64,000 bases of DNA from the human T2T-CHM13v2.0 reference genome, Homo sapiens, in the NCBI RefSeq assembly GCF_009914755.1, contig NC_060937.1; one strand, given 5' to 3'. The first letter of the stretch is position 1; each line of letters opens with the position of its first letter. Positions 1 to 15,322 of this stretch are shown one piece after another. Made by a program: the position numbers and the translations under genes. The notes beneath the pieces are model-generated. The model had not been told where the DNA came from. It did not search any database and worked only from the letters and a program-made list of their open reading frames with translations.

Positions 1-41
1 TGCCCCATGTTATTCTTAAACCTATTGTGTTTTTCTTCTAG

Positions 42-460
<419 letters not shown>

Positions 461-467
461 TTGTGGA

Positions 468-600
468 TTATTATTATTATTTTTATAAGGATAGAGTCTT
501 GCTATTTTGCCCAGGCTGGTCTCAAACTCCTGGGCTTCTCAAGTTATACTTCTGCCTCAGCCTTCTGAGTAGCTGGAATTATAGGAACAAGACACTGTGT
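468..600 (-). mobile_element. Partial old Alu/FLAM, antisense
   Basis: gcccaggctggtctcaaactcctgggc...ctcagcc. Confidence 0.7.
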
Positions 601-671
601 TCTTTTATGTTTTTAGTACTCTGTAGTTTTCTATTGTTGATTTAAAATGCATTTTACTTTTTCTTTCATAG

Positions 672-702
672 TGCTTCCTCCTGTTGAAGAGTGTTTTGAC
701 AG
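672..702 (+). pseudogene. ANKRD36-like 31-nt exon ((V)LPPVEECFD(R))
   Basis: ttcatag|TG..ACAG|gtatg; phases compatible with neighbouring exons. Confidence 0.85.
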
Positions 703-2851
703 GTATGATTTCACAGATTTTTTAAAGTGATATGTTAACTAAGTGAATAGAGAGAATAGAAACTAGTATCTGTTTAGTGTTCTACTCTGTGCTAGACACC
801 ATATTACATGCTTAACATTTATCATGTCATGTCATCTTCACACGCTTTACAAACTATTTGTGCTATTATTGCTTTTTTACTAATAATAGGCAACTCTGCT
901 TTAAAGAGGTTGAAATATTGGCTCATGATTCCACAGTTAACAGGTAGCCAACCCAAGATTAGACCATCATCCTGCCTGGCTCTCAAATCACTTCATTTGC
1001 CCCTAAGCATAGATGGATAGAGGCCTATGCAGCAATGGGATCACGGTACTGATTTACATCGGATCAATTCAGAAAGTCACATTTTGTTATATATTAACTG
1101 TCTTTAGAGTGTTATTTAGAAGCCTGGCTACTCCAAAAGTTTGTCCAAATATTTTGAAATGGCAGTGGTAACCATATTACTTTTTTTTTTAATCATCAAA
1201 GTTTTAAAGGCAGTTATCAGTTATCTGTGGCCACAGGACCCTAAGTTTTTCATAAGCAAGACCAGGCCAGTCCTAGAAAAATATTATCTTACTGTGCTTG
1301 GAGAATATCTAAATATAGTCCATGTTATGTTAACTATATTTAGCATATATTAAAAGGATATTTCTAATTCATTTCTCTACTTACTACCTACCCAGTTAGG
1401 TTTTCTCTTTCAGTAAGTACCCTGCCTGGTTCTCTGAAGCTTTTTCTTATTTTCTGGATTCTTTTTTTTCCTTCTGTGACATTTTAATAATATTTTCTTG
1501 ATTTCTTTTTACTTTCTCCTCTGCTTTTCTTAGGGTTTATGATCTTCTATTATAGTTTTCATTTAAGGCAGCTAAATATTCCCCATTTTCCTATAGACAA
1601 AATCAGAGGTGCATAGAATTTCAGAATATTAAGAAATCCTAGAGACTAAACAAAATATCTTCTAGTACTTGAATCCTTGCTTAACATCCTGATCAAGTGG
1701 TTGTTCAGGTGGAGAACCTGAAACTCAAAGAGAGAAAATTATTTGGATACAGTAAATCAGAGAAATGAGAATTGCACTCAGGTTTCTTAGTTCAAAACCC
1801 AGTCTTCTTTTACATCATTCTGTCATTGAGTGATTTTAGTTTTAGAAAGAGGGAGTGGCTCTGGTGAACACAGTGGAAAAGGATGAGAATGGAATGAGCT
1901 GTTGAACCCAATGAAAGTGGATAAGAATGGAATTTGCAGGGGACAGACAAATTTGAAGATGTAGATTGGAGATTGTCATTGATCCCTGCAGAAGAGGGAT
2001 CCAGAAGGGGGAGCCCATAGGAAGGTATTTAGATAGTGATGAATGAAATGAAGCTGTAAGTACTCAGGAGGGAGACTTTTCCAGCAGTCTCTCTCTTGAG
2101 TATCTGAGTGTTTATGAAGGTTCTTAAGCTTGCTGGTTTTTGTGGACCTGAATAAGGCAGGATCTATATAGTGACAATAATTGGATTTTATAATTTTTAA
2201 TGTTTTAATCTTCTGTGAGGAATATTCCCAGAGTACATTTGTACTTTGACTTTTTTACACTCAGCTTTCAAACACTTGCAGTGTTTCAGGGGGCTCCCTG
2301 TAGAGTTCTAGAGTAAAGAGAATCAATGGGCAATCTAAGTAGCTTACATGCTGAAGATCCAAGACTCCCATTTTCCAGTGACACAGATTAGTCTTTGAAT
2401 CAGAAATAGATAATGCAGAAGACACAGTGCCTTTTCTACCTTGTTTTAGGTTATCGGGTTTACTGCAGTTGAGTAACAAAAGTTGTTTCAGATATCAATT
2501 GGATTTTCAGTTTAGTCTTTAGGGTAGATAATTTATAAAGACATATTATTGTCTGGCCGTGCCATTGTAATGCCTGTCACTATCTGTTACGGGTTTAAGG
2601 GTGAGTCTGCATTGGATATTTCATAGGTTGGGAGAGGTGGAGGCAGAAATAGGTAACTGAAATGTTTTCTAAAACGGAAGCCATATCTTAATTATACCAA
2701 GAAATATTATTTAATATAAGGATAACTGACCTTCCTCAGACTTTGTTTTACCATTTTTTTGTGGAGGGGACATGCATGTATAGACTGATGGTTTTTGTTT
2801 TCTTTTAAGAAACGAACGTGCTCATTTTTGTCATATCTTTTTGCTCTGTAG

Positions 2852-2918
2852 GTGTCGCTACCTACTGGATAGTGTTGCACAGCCTGTGACAAAGGATAAG
2901 TTTGCTTTGGAATCTGAA
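2852..2918 (+). pseudogene. ANKRD36-like 67-nt exon ([22 protein letters not shown])
   Basis: ctctgtag|G..GAA|gtagag; translation matches recalled [22 protein letters not shown]. Confidence 0.85.
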
Positions 2919-3489
2919 GTAGAGTACTGTCTCGTGAAATTAATTTTCTCATTCTGAATCTCATTTTTTGTATTATTTTCTTCTAAAACTTAGCGATTGT
3001 CTACCTATCATTGTTTTATGTTAGTATTAAAACTTTTATTAGAGATAACCATTTTAAAGAAATAGGAGGGCTTAATTTTAATTTTTTTTTTCACTTTGCA
3101 AATAAGAAATAGTTGATAAATACGTTGAGAGGTGTGATCTGAAAAAAAAAAAATACATAGTGACAGAAAAATGTTGTTTGGGAACGCTTTCCCACAAGAG
3201 AGGAGATACAAATTTTGATCTAGGCTTATCTCAGTAAGTGTTTTTACTTTGAGTTGTATATCATATGAGTATGACTAATAATACCTCTGTTTAACTGAAT
3301 GTTTGTTACATCAGATGACTTATTATGGGAATCATGAAATCACCCTGTTACACACAGCATATAGTTTCTTTTTATTTCTTGTACACCTATTTTAACATCA
3401 TACCATATTTTTGCAGAGAGCTATTTCTTTATTTTTATTCTTGGTTCTATATAATTAGACTAAAATAATATTAGAAATTGTGGAAATTT

Positions 3490-3617
3490 AACTAGACATG
3501 GTATCATGTGCCTGTAGTCCCACCTATTCAAGAGATCAAGCCAGGAGAATTTCTTGATCCCAGGAGTTTAAGACCAAGCTTGGCAATATAGCAAGAGCTT
3601 ATCTCTAATTTTAAAAA
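3490..3617 (+). mobile_element. FLAM/Alu monomer, diverged
   Basis: tgcctgtagtccca...cccaggagtttaagaccaagcttggcaatatagcaaga. Confidence 0.7.
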
Positions 3618-4137
3618 GTTGTGGAATATTAGAAATTTAAATTCTGTTCTCACACCTGTATTAGAGAGGGTTTACCCTGTGTTTTCCAAGTCTTTTTTAT
3701 TAAGAGTATACTGTAAACTCTTTATCTAATCGAAGAATATGCATTTTGTTTAAAATAACAACCTGTTTGATAAGCAGAGACTCTTCATATTTCTGTGGTC
3801 AGACTTTAACTTCACAAGATTTTTGCATTGTAATTAAAAAAAAATCCGGTCGGGGTCTTTGTATCTCATTCTAAATTTCAAATTTCAGAGGCTTTTGTGC
3901 TTAGTTATTGAAAAAATAATTGTAAAGCTCCTGCATTCATATGAGCCACTTGAAGCTAGAAAAACTATTTGTATGTATCTTGAGTACCCAGAATAAGGTC
4001 TTGCATGTAAGAAACATTTTATTAGTTTTTAATGTGAATCAGCAAACAGGGAAATGGGCTTTTTTTAATGGAATGTTACAGGTAACATAATATGCATAAG
4101 ATATCTAATAATTAAATCTATTAAATGTCTTGAATGT

Positions 4138-4275
4138 TCTGAATTTATCTTTTCTTCTAATGTTGAGAATCTATAAGTTGAGGTGAGTTATGCTGAGAAA
4201 ATATGTCTGAATTTATCTTTTCTTCTAATGTTGAGAATCTATAAGTTGAGGTGAGTTATGCTGAGAAAATATGTC
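4138..4275. repeat. Perfect 68-bp tandem duplication (2 copies)
   Basis: tctgaatttatc...gagaaaatatg at 4138 and 4206. Confidence 0.95.
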
Positions 4276-5519
4276 ATAGAATAAAATGAAAATTGGAAGA
4301 GATGGAAAGGAAATAGGAAAGGTGGATACAGCGTGTTTTCTAATATCTTCCAACTGGAAGCTTAGATTGGGAATTTAGATTAAATTTTCAAAGCCCCAAC
4401 CATGTTCTATTAAATACATATTTTTCAGGACATACATTACTCTTTTGAATTCTGAATAAAAATTCTTTCTCCAGGTGTTAAGTTCCTGGAATTCTATTGT
4501 TTTTTTTTTTCCTCTCTCTGTCACTCTCTCTCTCTCTCTCTCTCTCTTTGTAGTAAGAATGTTTCAGCTTTCAGGTGAATGATCATGGTTAACTCTTGGG
4601 ATGTGTTATTTTATAGTAAACAATCTAAACTTTTTATTACATAAGTATTTACACAAAACAAATTGTCGAGTAAATGCTAACCAGCATTATTAGGCATATA
4701 TTATGAACACAAGCTTTTCTTTTAAGCTCATATTTGATTGACTGGTCATGTCTCTTTTTTTGTTTGTTTCTCCCTCCTTCCCCTTTGTTTAAAAATGATT
4801 TACCTCAGTCTAACTTTTTCCTTGCAGACCACATGTCTTTAGTGTCTATTCTTTCATTTCACCTCTGTTTCTGTTGTCAGGATACTTAGTTACACCTTTC
4901 TATTCAGTAGCTATGTGTGGCTTTCATTCGTGAATCATTGCTCCATAAAGTGGATGGTTGCTTTGTTCTGTCTTTTTTGGAAGGAGCTGAAGTTATACAA
5001 TAATTTGTTTTTAGCTTTTGACACACAGAATAGAAGCAACTTATACTGATTCTGATGCTAGCCCATTTAAATATATTACTACTAAAAACTACATTCTCAC
5101 ATTTTTTTCCCACAGGAAGTAATTCACACAAATATATATCATGCATAAATATTTTGAAAACTAAAGTGATTAATTGACTTTTGATTAGTTTTGTTCAGTA
5201 ATACTCTAAATTACGTATGAGTAAATTTTTGTCCCAGTTTGTTGTGGTTAATAAAAGAAACTAATGGATATCATAGTATTTGTATAATAATCAACCGGGG
5301 TTGAAAGGAGTAACATTTTGAGAATATCTGTATCACCAATCATAATCATCATCTCATGTGAATCTGTAGATAAGTAAATGGCAGACTTGAGGTTTGAATC
5401 TACATATGAGTGACTTCAAAGTCTATCCTTTTTGTGTTAGATCATGTAGTAATGGTGGCAATTATCATTATTTTAACTTGCTGAATGTTGTTCTTAAACC
5501 TATTGTGTCTTTCTTCTAG

Positions 5520-5580
5520 ACTATTTCAGAACCATACTTTACGAACAGAAGGACTATTTCTCAACAATCTGCAGAAAAGT
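5520..5580 (+). pseudogene. ANKRD36-like 61-nt exon (TISEPYFTNRRTISQQSAEK)
   Basis: ttcttctag|ACT..AAGT|gtaag; paralogous to exon 42-102. Confidence 0.88.
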
Positions 5581-5622
5581 GTAAGCTATTTGAAACCTGA
5601 CTATTGTATTATCTACTGATTC

Positions 5623-5935
<313 letters not shown>

Positions 5936-5996
5936 CTTATTTATTGATTCTTAATTACACGCATTTCATCTACTCTTGACTTTTTTTTTACTGTAG

Positions 5997-6065
5997 TAGA
6001 TGCTGCATGTGGCATTGAAAAAACAAAATATGGAACCTTTTTTTGAAGACCAAAATGTTGATAAG
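5997..6065 (+). pseudogene. ANKRD36-like exon (LDAACGIEKTKYGTFF/EDQNVDK) with +1 frameshift
   Basis: ctgtag|TA..AAG|gtaaa; 69 nt where the phases require 68; T7 run 6038-6044 gives TGA at 6044-6046. Confidence 0.85.
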
Positions 6066-7203
6066 GTAAATGAAGATGTGGTTAAAAGCCAACATAGAAT
6101 AATCAGAGTCGAGTCCTGTTCACCAACTCACTCTTATCTGTTAATGATCTCTAGTTTTACAATGGTAAATTGTTTTATTTGGAAAATATTTTTCCCATGC
6201 TTTATTCACTTGCCATCTCCCTGTCTTTATAACGATGACAAGGATCCTATAAGGGAATGGAAGTTCTCCAGGTAATAATAGAAAAGAAGTGTAACAACAA
6301 GGGAAATATATGCATGGGACCAGGATTCCTAAAAGGTCATGGGAGTAAATGATTGTTAGGTTTGCCATTAGGGAAGGAAAGAAGTAGAAAGCAACCTGAA
6401 AGAACAGCTCCACAAATACAAAGGTGAAGAGGGGAAAGAAGTAAGAATACAGAGTTGAATAAGAGTGTCAAGATGACAAAGATTAGTATAAAACACCTCA
6501 AAAACGGTGAATTTAAATGACAGTAGAATGTCTCCATATCATATTATAGAATTATTTTAAATATAGATTAGGAAAAGAAAGCCAAGTAATTAAAATAATG
6601 CTCAGATTCTTCTGAGTGACTTACGGGTGATTTTAATAAAGGATTGGAAGAAAATTTATGGGTGACTATATTTAACATTCTGTTTAACATTTAAAAATAG
6701 CCAGGAGAGAATAACTTGAATATTTCTAGTTTAAATAAAACATACATATTTAAGGTAATGTGTATCTCTGTTACCCTCATTAGATTATATAGATGGAACA
6801 AATCATCACACGTACACTGAAAATATATGCATCTATTTATTAATTTAAAAATTCTAAATGGAAAGAAAATTTAATCCTAACTTTTTAAAATTTCAGTAAA
6901 GTGATGTCTCATATTTTATCTAGTGAATATTGTGTTCATAGATCATGCAAAGTAAAATGTGTTTTAGGCTATATCAGATTTTGAATGAATCATTAATTTT
7001 TGACTCCTGTTAAAAGTTTTTTAAAGTAATATTTGGTATATTCCCAAGTTGCTTAACTAATTTATTTCACTTTTACATCATCTTGGCAGCTGTTTTAGCC
7101 TTTTTTTGATAATAGAGAAAATAAATAAGTAATTAAATAATAGAAAATAAAAAATAATAAAAATTAATAAAAAAATTAATAAAAATTAAAATTTCTGGTT
7201 AAT

Positions 7204-7495
7204 TTTTTTTTTTTGAGAGGGAGTATCGCTCTGTCGCCCAGGCTGGAGGGTGGTGGGTGATCTCGGCTCACTGTAAGGTCCACCTCCCGGGTTCATGCCA
7301 TTCTCCTGCCTCAACCTCATGAGTAGCTGGGACTATAGGTGTCCGCCATCACGCCCGGCTAATTTTTAAATATTTTTAGCGGAGACGGGGTTTCACTGTG
7401 TTAGCCAGGATGGTCTCGATCTCCTAACCTCATGATCTGCCTGCCTCGGCCTCCCAAAGTGCTGGGATTACAGGCGTGAGCCACCACACCTAGCC
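7204..7495 (-). mobile_element. AluY-like, antisense, 13-bp TSD atttctggttaat
   Basis: TSD at 7191-7203 and 7496-7508; gccattctcc and gttagccaggatggtctcgatctcc diagnostics. Confidence 0.92.
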
Positions 7496-9496
7496 ATTTC
7501 TGGTTAATATTAAAGGAGGTTTCTAATTTATGTTCATTGAATGAGAAAAAATATCTTTTTAACCTGGAACCCTCTTAAAGAAATAAATTATTACTTATTT
7601 CTGGAGCTAGTCTGACTGACCTTGTGCTGATAACCTCTGTACTTAAGAACATACATGTGATGAATGCAGTCAACACTCATGATTGTTTTCTAAACAAAGT
7701 ACCTATTTTGATAGAATCGTAAGGAAAGAAATATTGCCAACAGTACACAGAATTATCTCTGGAATATTACTTTTTACTTTTAAAACTATCTCCTGCAGTT
7801 GGGACGTTTTTTATTATTCTCTGGAAGCATTATTAACTTTAGTATTTATAGTTATACCTTGCACATAAATTTATTCAGCTCTAAAACTCAGGAATCCTTT
7901 TGACTTGATGTTTAAAATAAATTTCTTCTCTCTTCATGTGAGTATTGAGTCATGAGTGACAGGCATAGTGTATTTGAAGACAAGTAAGTCTTCAGCTTGC
8001 ATAGTCATATGATTATTTTACTTGATCCTTTCTCTGATTTTTAACTATTATCTTTATGGCATAAGTAGGCAATTAGAGCTATTAGTATATCATTTCAGGA
8101 GAATCAGAAAACCATATGAACTTTAAAATAGATTTTGCATTTCTCTCTTATATGTTAGAAGTACTTAAAATGCCTTATAATTCTATAATAGAATAAACAT
8201 TTGTGCAAGTTAAAAACTTTTAAGATGATTTTTTGAAAATGAGCTTTCTTAGGACACCTTGACTTACTGGTTTAGATAACTGTTTTCATTAAGTTCAAAA
8301 ATGCAGATGACCATAATATTCCAGAAATAAATATCTGCATACATTTAGAAAATATATTTTATATCTTTTAATCCAGTATAGAAATATATAATTGAAATTT
8401 TGAATCACATGTTTTGTTTTCTTTTTATTTTCAAAACTTCAGGGTTCTACATAGGTTTAAATTATTGAATCCTACCAGTTTAGTATACTTTACAAATGTT
8501 GACCTTCTCAACAACATATGGTTTTTTTGAGTAAGGTCATCTATTTCTACTCCAAATGTATTTACCCAGATCAGTCTTCTAAGTCCCCTTTGTGCCTCAA
8601 ATTTAATAGGTCTCAAACTGCCTTCCAGATTCTTTCCTGACTCTTTGTAATCCATGCTGTCATCTCACTTCCCAATTTTAGTAAATAACACCAAGGAGGT
8701 AGCAATGAAACATTGAAGCAGAAAAACTGCACTCCAGGTTTCCCTCACATAGCCAATCCAGTGACTCACCAATTTTTGTATTTTCTACCTTTAACCACTT
8801 CTCATATCTTATTACTGTAATACACTGTCGGCCCTATACTTTTGGAATGTTCGTTTTTGTTTCTTTCTTCTCCCCATGTTTATCTATCTATATATGTCTT
8901 TCAGGGTGACCTTTCTTAAACATGTTTACTTTGATCTAAGTCATCTGTTTATGGCTGGACCCTCATTACATGAAACAAACATTTACATTCTAGCATAACA
9001 CTTATTTTGTGGTTTGGCCTGTTTCTCCCATTTTATCTCTCCACTCCACTTTCTCTGTCTGTGTCCAAGTTTTACCACGTTATTGTGGTATTTCTTATTG
9101 GCTATGCTGTTTCATGCTTTATTTTTTTGCACATGCTGCCCTCACTAGAAACACTTCACACTCTTACTCTTCCCTTGTCTATTTTAAAAATAGAACCCTA
9201 AATTTGCAGTTTCTCAGAAGCTTCCCAAGTAGAATTGTTATTGCCTTTGTGCTATCACTGTATTTTATTGACTTGAATTGTAGAAATAATGAATTGTGTC
9301 TTTCTGCTTTTGTTTGTTTTTATAAATTTCTTTTTTCACTTGATAAATAAATAAAATTGGTATTTTATTCATATTATCAGATTTTCCAGTATAGATCTTA
9401 TGAATTTATAGACACGGAAAATGTTTCTTGAATTACTGACTGATTAAGTAGTAAATATGACATTTTCTGAAGATTTCTTTTTTTTTTTTTTAATAG

Positions 9497-9536
9497 GAAA
9501 GAAAAGCACTACCAGCAACTGGACAAAAAGCAAATG
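9497..9536 (+). pseudogene. ANKRD36-like 40-nt exon (ERKALPATGQKAN)
   Basis: poly-T taatag|GAA..AATG|gtatt. Confidence 0.85.
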
Positions 9537-10378
9537 GTATTGGTATTATAAAAAGTGCTCCATGAGAGCAATCAAATAATGATAATGTTGTATTTTGTGT
9601 ACAATAAAAGATGGTGAGGTAGTGAATATAGCTGAATAATTTTCTATGCTTTAATAATATAATTTTTGAAAATAAATATAACTAATTTAAATATAATTTA
9701 AAATAAATTTAAAATTAAATTAATTGTTAAATTACATTAAATTATAAGCCTAATTTTAATTAAATTATAGTTATAATTTATTAATTTTAATAGTAAATAT
9801 AATTTAATTTAAACATACTTTTTCTTAAAACTTTGGTGAACACTTAAACTTGTAGATCAAAATATAATATTCATTGTTGAGAAATGGACATTAGTATATT
9901 TACAAAAAAATGTGAGGTGGGATTGTGTAAATTAAGAAAGCAGCTGGCTAGGTATTTGGAGGTTTCTGATGAGGAAACTTGAGGGAACTCACTTTATGTA
10001 GACTCAGTATATTCCCACTCAAAGAGAAGATTAAATGATTGCTGCTTTGGAGCTTACTGGAGGCAGAGGGTAGAAGAACGACAGGAAACCACAGAAACTC
10101 ATTTCTTCTCTCTATAGGGGTTACACATCAATGATATGTGCTTCATTCATGTTTGTTAGTGAACTGGGATGCACTTGGATATCAAAACATTGGCAGTTTT
10201 CTTTAAAACAATGCTGTTTTTGATGAAATAGCCATTGTATAAAAGTACCTCAGAGGCTGCTATGCTATAGCATATCAAACTGACTAGAAAAAAAACAAAC
10301 GAGAAATTTATTTCTTTAGTACTAAAAGTGTAACTGTCAATAATCATGGCAAATATTTTGATATGTAAAAGTTGATTA

Positions 10379-10691
<313 letters not shown>

Positions 10692-10960
10692 TCAATGGTG
10701 ATTCAGAGATTTTTGGTTACATTTTGTAAATGAAAATCTGAGTACTCATTAGTTATTTGATGTGTAACATATACTTTTTTTGCATAAGGGAATGAAAAGA
10801 TGGCAAGAGAACTAAAGTTGAGAATCCAGAAGTTGAAAATATCAGAAGTCTTCATGACTGTGGATAACATGAGTATTTTTAGAAACGATTTTTCTCCAAG
10901 TAGATATCTAAACTAATGATTGAGAGCATTTCCTGCCAGCAGAAGCGAATGATACATTTT

Positions 10961-11262
10961 CTTTTCTTTTCTTTTTTTTTGAGACCGAGTCTCGCTCTGT
11001 CACCCAGGCTTGAATGCAGTTGCGGGATCTCAGCTCACTGCCAACTCCGCCTCCCGGGGTTCACGCCATTCTCCTGCCTCAGCCTCCTGAGTAGCTGGGA
11101 CTACAGGCGCCTGCCACCAAGCCCAGCTACTTTTATGCATTTTTAGTAGAGATGGGGTTTCACGGTGTTAGCCAGGATGGTATCGATCTGCTGACTTCGT
11201 GATCTGCCCGCCTCGGCCTCCCAAAGTGCTGGGATTACAGGCGTGAGCCACCGCGCCCGGCC
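10961..11262 (-). mobile_element. AluY-like, antisense, 17-bp TSD gcgaat(g/a)atacattttc
   Basis: TSD at 10944-10960 and 11263-11279. Confidence 0.92.
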
Positions 11263-11670
11263 GCGAATAATACATTTTCATGCTCTCTCATTGCAACTTC
11301 ATAGTTTCTAACATTTATTCTTCTGGGGTCCGCTTTGGTTCTCTCATTTGACGTCACTTTTTTTGGCTTCATCCAGCAGATTCGCATTCGTAGAAATACT
11401 TTTCTATGTTACTTGTAGTCATGTGAAACCTAATCTCACCCTTGCAATCTGGACTGCATGTTTTATAGAATCTATATTGTGATTTTTCATGTGTATATTC
11501 CTGTCATGTTTGTGTGTTAACCAAAACAAGAGCAAAGCAACCCAAAGCCTAATGGGTAACAATTTCAAGGGCAAGGACGAAGATTTCAGCTGGATACAAA
11601 CACTGCATGATTGATGGTAGGCTATGTCATATTTCCCTGTAGTCAATTTTGTGTTCCTTTTGTTTTTTAG

Positions 11671-12009
<339 letters not shown>

Positions 12010-14313
12010 TGATATTTAAGGCATAAGGCGGACATTTTACACCATGAGCTCTAGCCCAAATGCTTTTCCTTTAAAGTTGTCATCATCTGAAGATCCCAGT
12101 TTTGAATTCCTGTGCATGTTAGGGATTTGAGGAGGTGTATTTTGACACTAAGTATTTTCAGTGCTTCAAAATTGATTGGAATACTCTTCTCTCTTCTTCA
12201 TCTAGAGAAAAGCTATACCTGCTGACGTTACAATTGTTTTAGAACTTCAACTCCTTTATGTCAGTGTTGTTACATTGAGAATCTTTACTTAATCACATCT
12301 TCTGATTACCAGATTGAGTTTCTGCATGTGTATGTGTGTGTGCATCTCAGATTAAGAATGAATAAAATGATTAATCATTCTTTTGTAACTCTTTGGTAGA
12401 TACAGTGTTTTAAAACAATGATTCTGAGCTGTTTTGGCCTTAGAATATTTTCTTCTACTACAATTTATTGCCTACAGGTAGCCAACAGCCTGAATTAACG
12501 TTTTTTACTTTTAAGTCACTGCAATGCACATTAAAAATACTTTACAAGATACTTGCACTTTCATAGGTAATATGTAGAATCTGTTTCCAAGTATCAAGTC
12601 TTCTATACGATTTCACACAGCGTACATAATAGCTGCAACTCGGCTTTTCTAATCAGTGGTATATATTTTGGATCTATCCAGGTTGACACAATTTGTTCAT
12701 CTTTGATTTGTTGTATGGTCTTGTGGTATGCCATTTTATGACTGCACCACAATTAATTAAAGTCTCTTCATGCTGATACAAAATGAACATAAATATGATG
12801 ACATGCCAACATAGATTTGCTTATGTGGTTGTCTTTATTGATTTGTACTATATAAGAAATTAAATAGAAGTATTTCAGATACCCTGAGTATAGCTGTATA
12901 CACTGCCATAGCTGTATTGACTACATTCATTACCCCTTAGAGCCATGTTTTTCCATCATATTATGACTCTGAAAAGCCCTAGTGTATGCTTTTCAGAGAA
13001 TGACATTGGAAAGAAGAAACGGCCAAAGTATCATTTGGTACCTTGGCTTCCTTACATAGATGTTGAACTCCAAGAATGATCAAATCACAGTTTAGAACCC
13101 CTTTGTTGGCCCTATAAAGGGTTTCCGGATATCAAATGATAAATAGTCTCCAGATGAAGAAATGCTCTATAACGCCCCACCGCTGTGTTTTCCTATATTT
13201 TGTCCTTTTCTGAAAACTTTAAATACACGAATTTTTGGTAGAAATGAAAATCTTTCTGTTTTATATATTTGTTTCTGTCCATGGCACTCTGATATCTTTG
13301 AATCTAGTAAGGATATAGCCTTGTCTTATTTATACCAGCAAGCAGTGTTGTCACTTAATGCTCTCATTTTTCACGTAAATGACTGACATTTTCCCAAGTC
13401 TTCGCAAGTGATTTTTGAAGACGTTGCTGCATTAAGCAGAGACTATGTCATTGTAATTGCAGAAGTTTTTAAATTAAATATGTTTAATAAAATTTTAGAG
13501 CCTGTTTCTGTGGAACACGTAACACATAATGGTGGTGTAATGTGTATTTAACCATAAATTAGCTTCACAAAAATTTGTGTACTTAAAAGTGTTTATATCC
13601 AAAGAAATTCTTATTTACTGCTCAGTAATCTCTTGTGTAGAAGAAAATATGTAACATAGTTTGCTGAGTCTTTGATAATAACCCCCAGTGTAAAATAAAG
13701 CTGTAAAGATGAAATGAGAGTTGATACTCAATGAAACTGATGTGAGTGAATACAAACTATGAAACTGTGTCTAGGGGAGAGAGGAGGACATGGGGCTGCT
13801 ATTGTGAAGAAGGAATTTGTACAAGTTAGTCCATTTTCTGTAACTTTTATATTCTAATAAAGGAAAACCATATCTTCATATTTATAAAAATGGGATTTTA
13901 CTGGTTTGATCACAGGGGTTGTGAGAATAATGAAGAACAAAATGTGGAAGGCAAAGAATGAAGACCAGATAGTGAGATTAGATTTATCAACAAAAAAGAG
14001 TGCAAGTGGGGTGGGATGGTGTAAATAAAGACAGCAGCTGGCTAGGTATTTGGGGGTTTCTGATGAGGAAACCTGAGAAAACTCACTTTATGTGGACCTG
14101 GTATATTCGCAGTCGAACAGAATATTCGATTATTGTTGCTTCAGAGCTTAATGGAAGCAGAGGTGGAAGAATGAGTAAACCACAGGGACTCAATTCTTCT
14201 CTCTGTAGGGGTAACACATCGACACTAGGATAGGTGCTTCATGTTAGCAAAATGCGATGCAGTGCATGTCAAACTGTGGAAGCAAAACAATCAAGAAATA
14301 AATTTCTTAAGTA

Positions 14314-14382
14314 TTATTTATTTATTTATCGTTATTATACTTTAAGTTTTAGGGTACATGTGCACAACGTGCAGGTTTGTTA
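14314..14382 (-). mobile_element. Very short 5'-truncated L1PA 3' end (~70 nt), antisense
   Basis: ttattatactttaagttttagggtacatgtgcacaacgtgcaggtttgtta; absent from the paralogous site at 10311-10340. Confidence 0.85.
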
Positions 14383-15025
14383 AAATGTAACTGTCAATGA
14401 TCATGGCAAATATTTTGATATATAAAAGGTGATTAACATGAAAAAAGCCTCTGATATTTCAAATATTTTGGTTAGATTTGTTTTATGGGAATCTAATTAC
14501 ATATTAGGTATTTGGAGTGTAATGTATACATTTCTTGCATAAGTGAATGAAGAGATGGCAGGAGGGCTAAAGTTGAGAATCCAGGAAATGGAAAAACACC
14601 AGAAGTCTGCATGACTGTGGACAACATGAGTATTTTTGTTAACTATGCTTCTGTATGTAGATATCTGAACTAATGAACTGAGAATACATCCTGCAAGCAG
14701 AAGGGAATGATACATTTTAATGAAACTGATAGTTTTTAAGTTAGAGGACAAAATGAAGAACACGAAAACTATTGTAGTATTGTAGTATAAATGGTTCTTG
14801 GGTGATTTCTTCAGGGTACACCATAGCGTTCTACCATGGGCTTTGACATTTATCCTCCTGGGGTCCTTTCATTTGACATCACATTTTTTGGCTTCAGTTA
14901 AGAGAATCACATTGGTAGAAGTACTTCCTTGTGTTAGTTGTAGTCATGTGAAACCTAATCTCTCTCTTGAAATCTGGACTACATGTTTTATGAAAACTTA
15001 ATTATGTGTCCCTTTTGCTTTGTAG

Positions 15026-15322
<297 letters not shown>

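Noticed and set aside
2261-2285. Minus ORF 2261-2479 ends TLQVFES*, resembling the ANKRD36 C-terminus MLQVF(E/K)S* at 37308
   Set aside because: No splice acceptor, several nucleotide differences and no flanking DNA similarity to 37290-37360; treated as coincidence, though a local alignment would settle it.
9650-9815. Extremely AT-rich stretch, possible palindromic AT-rich repeat (PATRR)
   Set aside because: Short, with no long inverted symmetry visible; ordinary low-complexity DNA.
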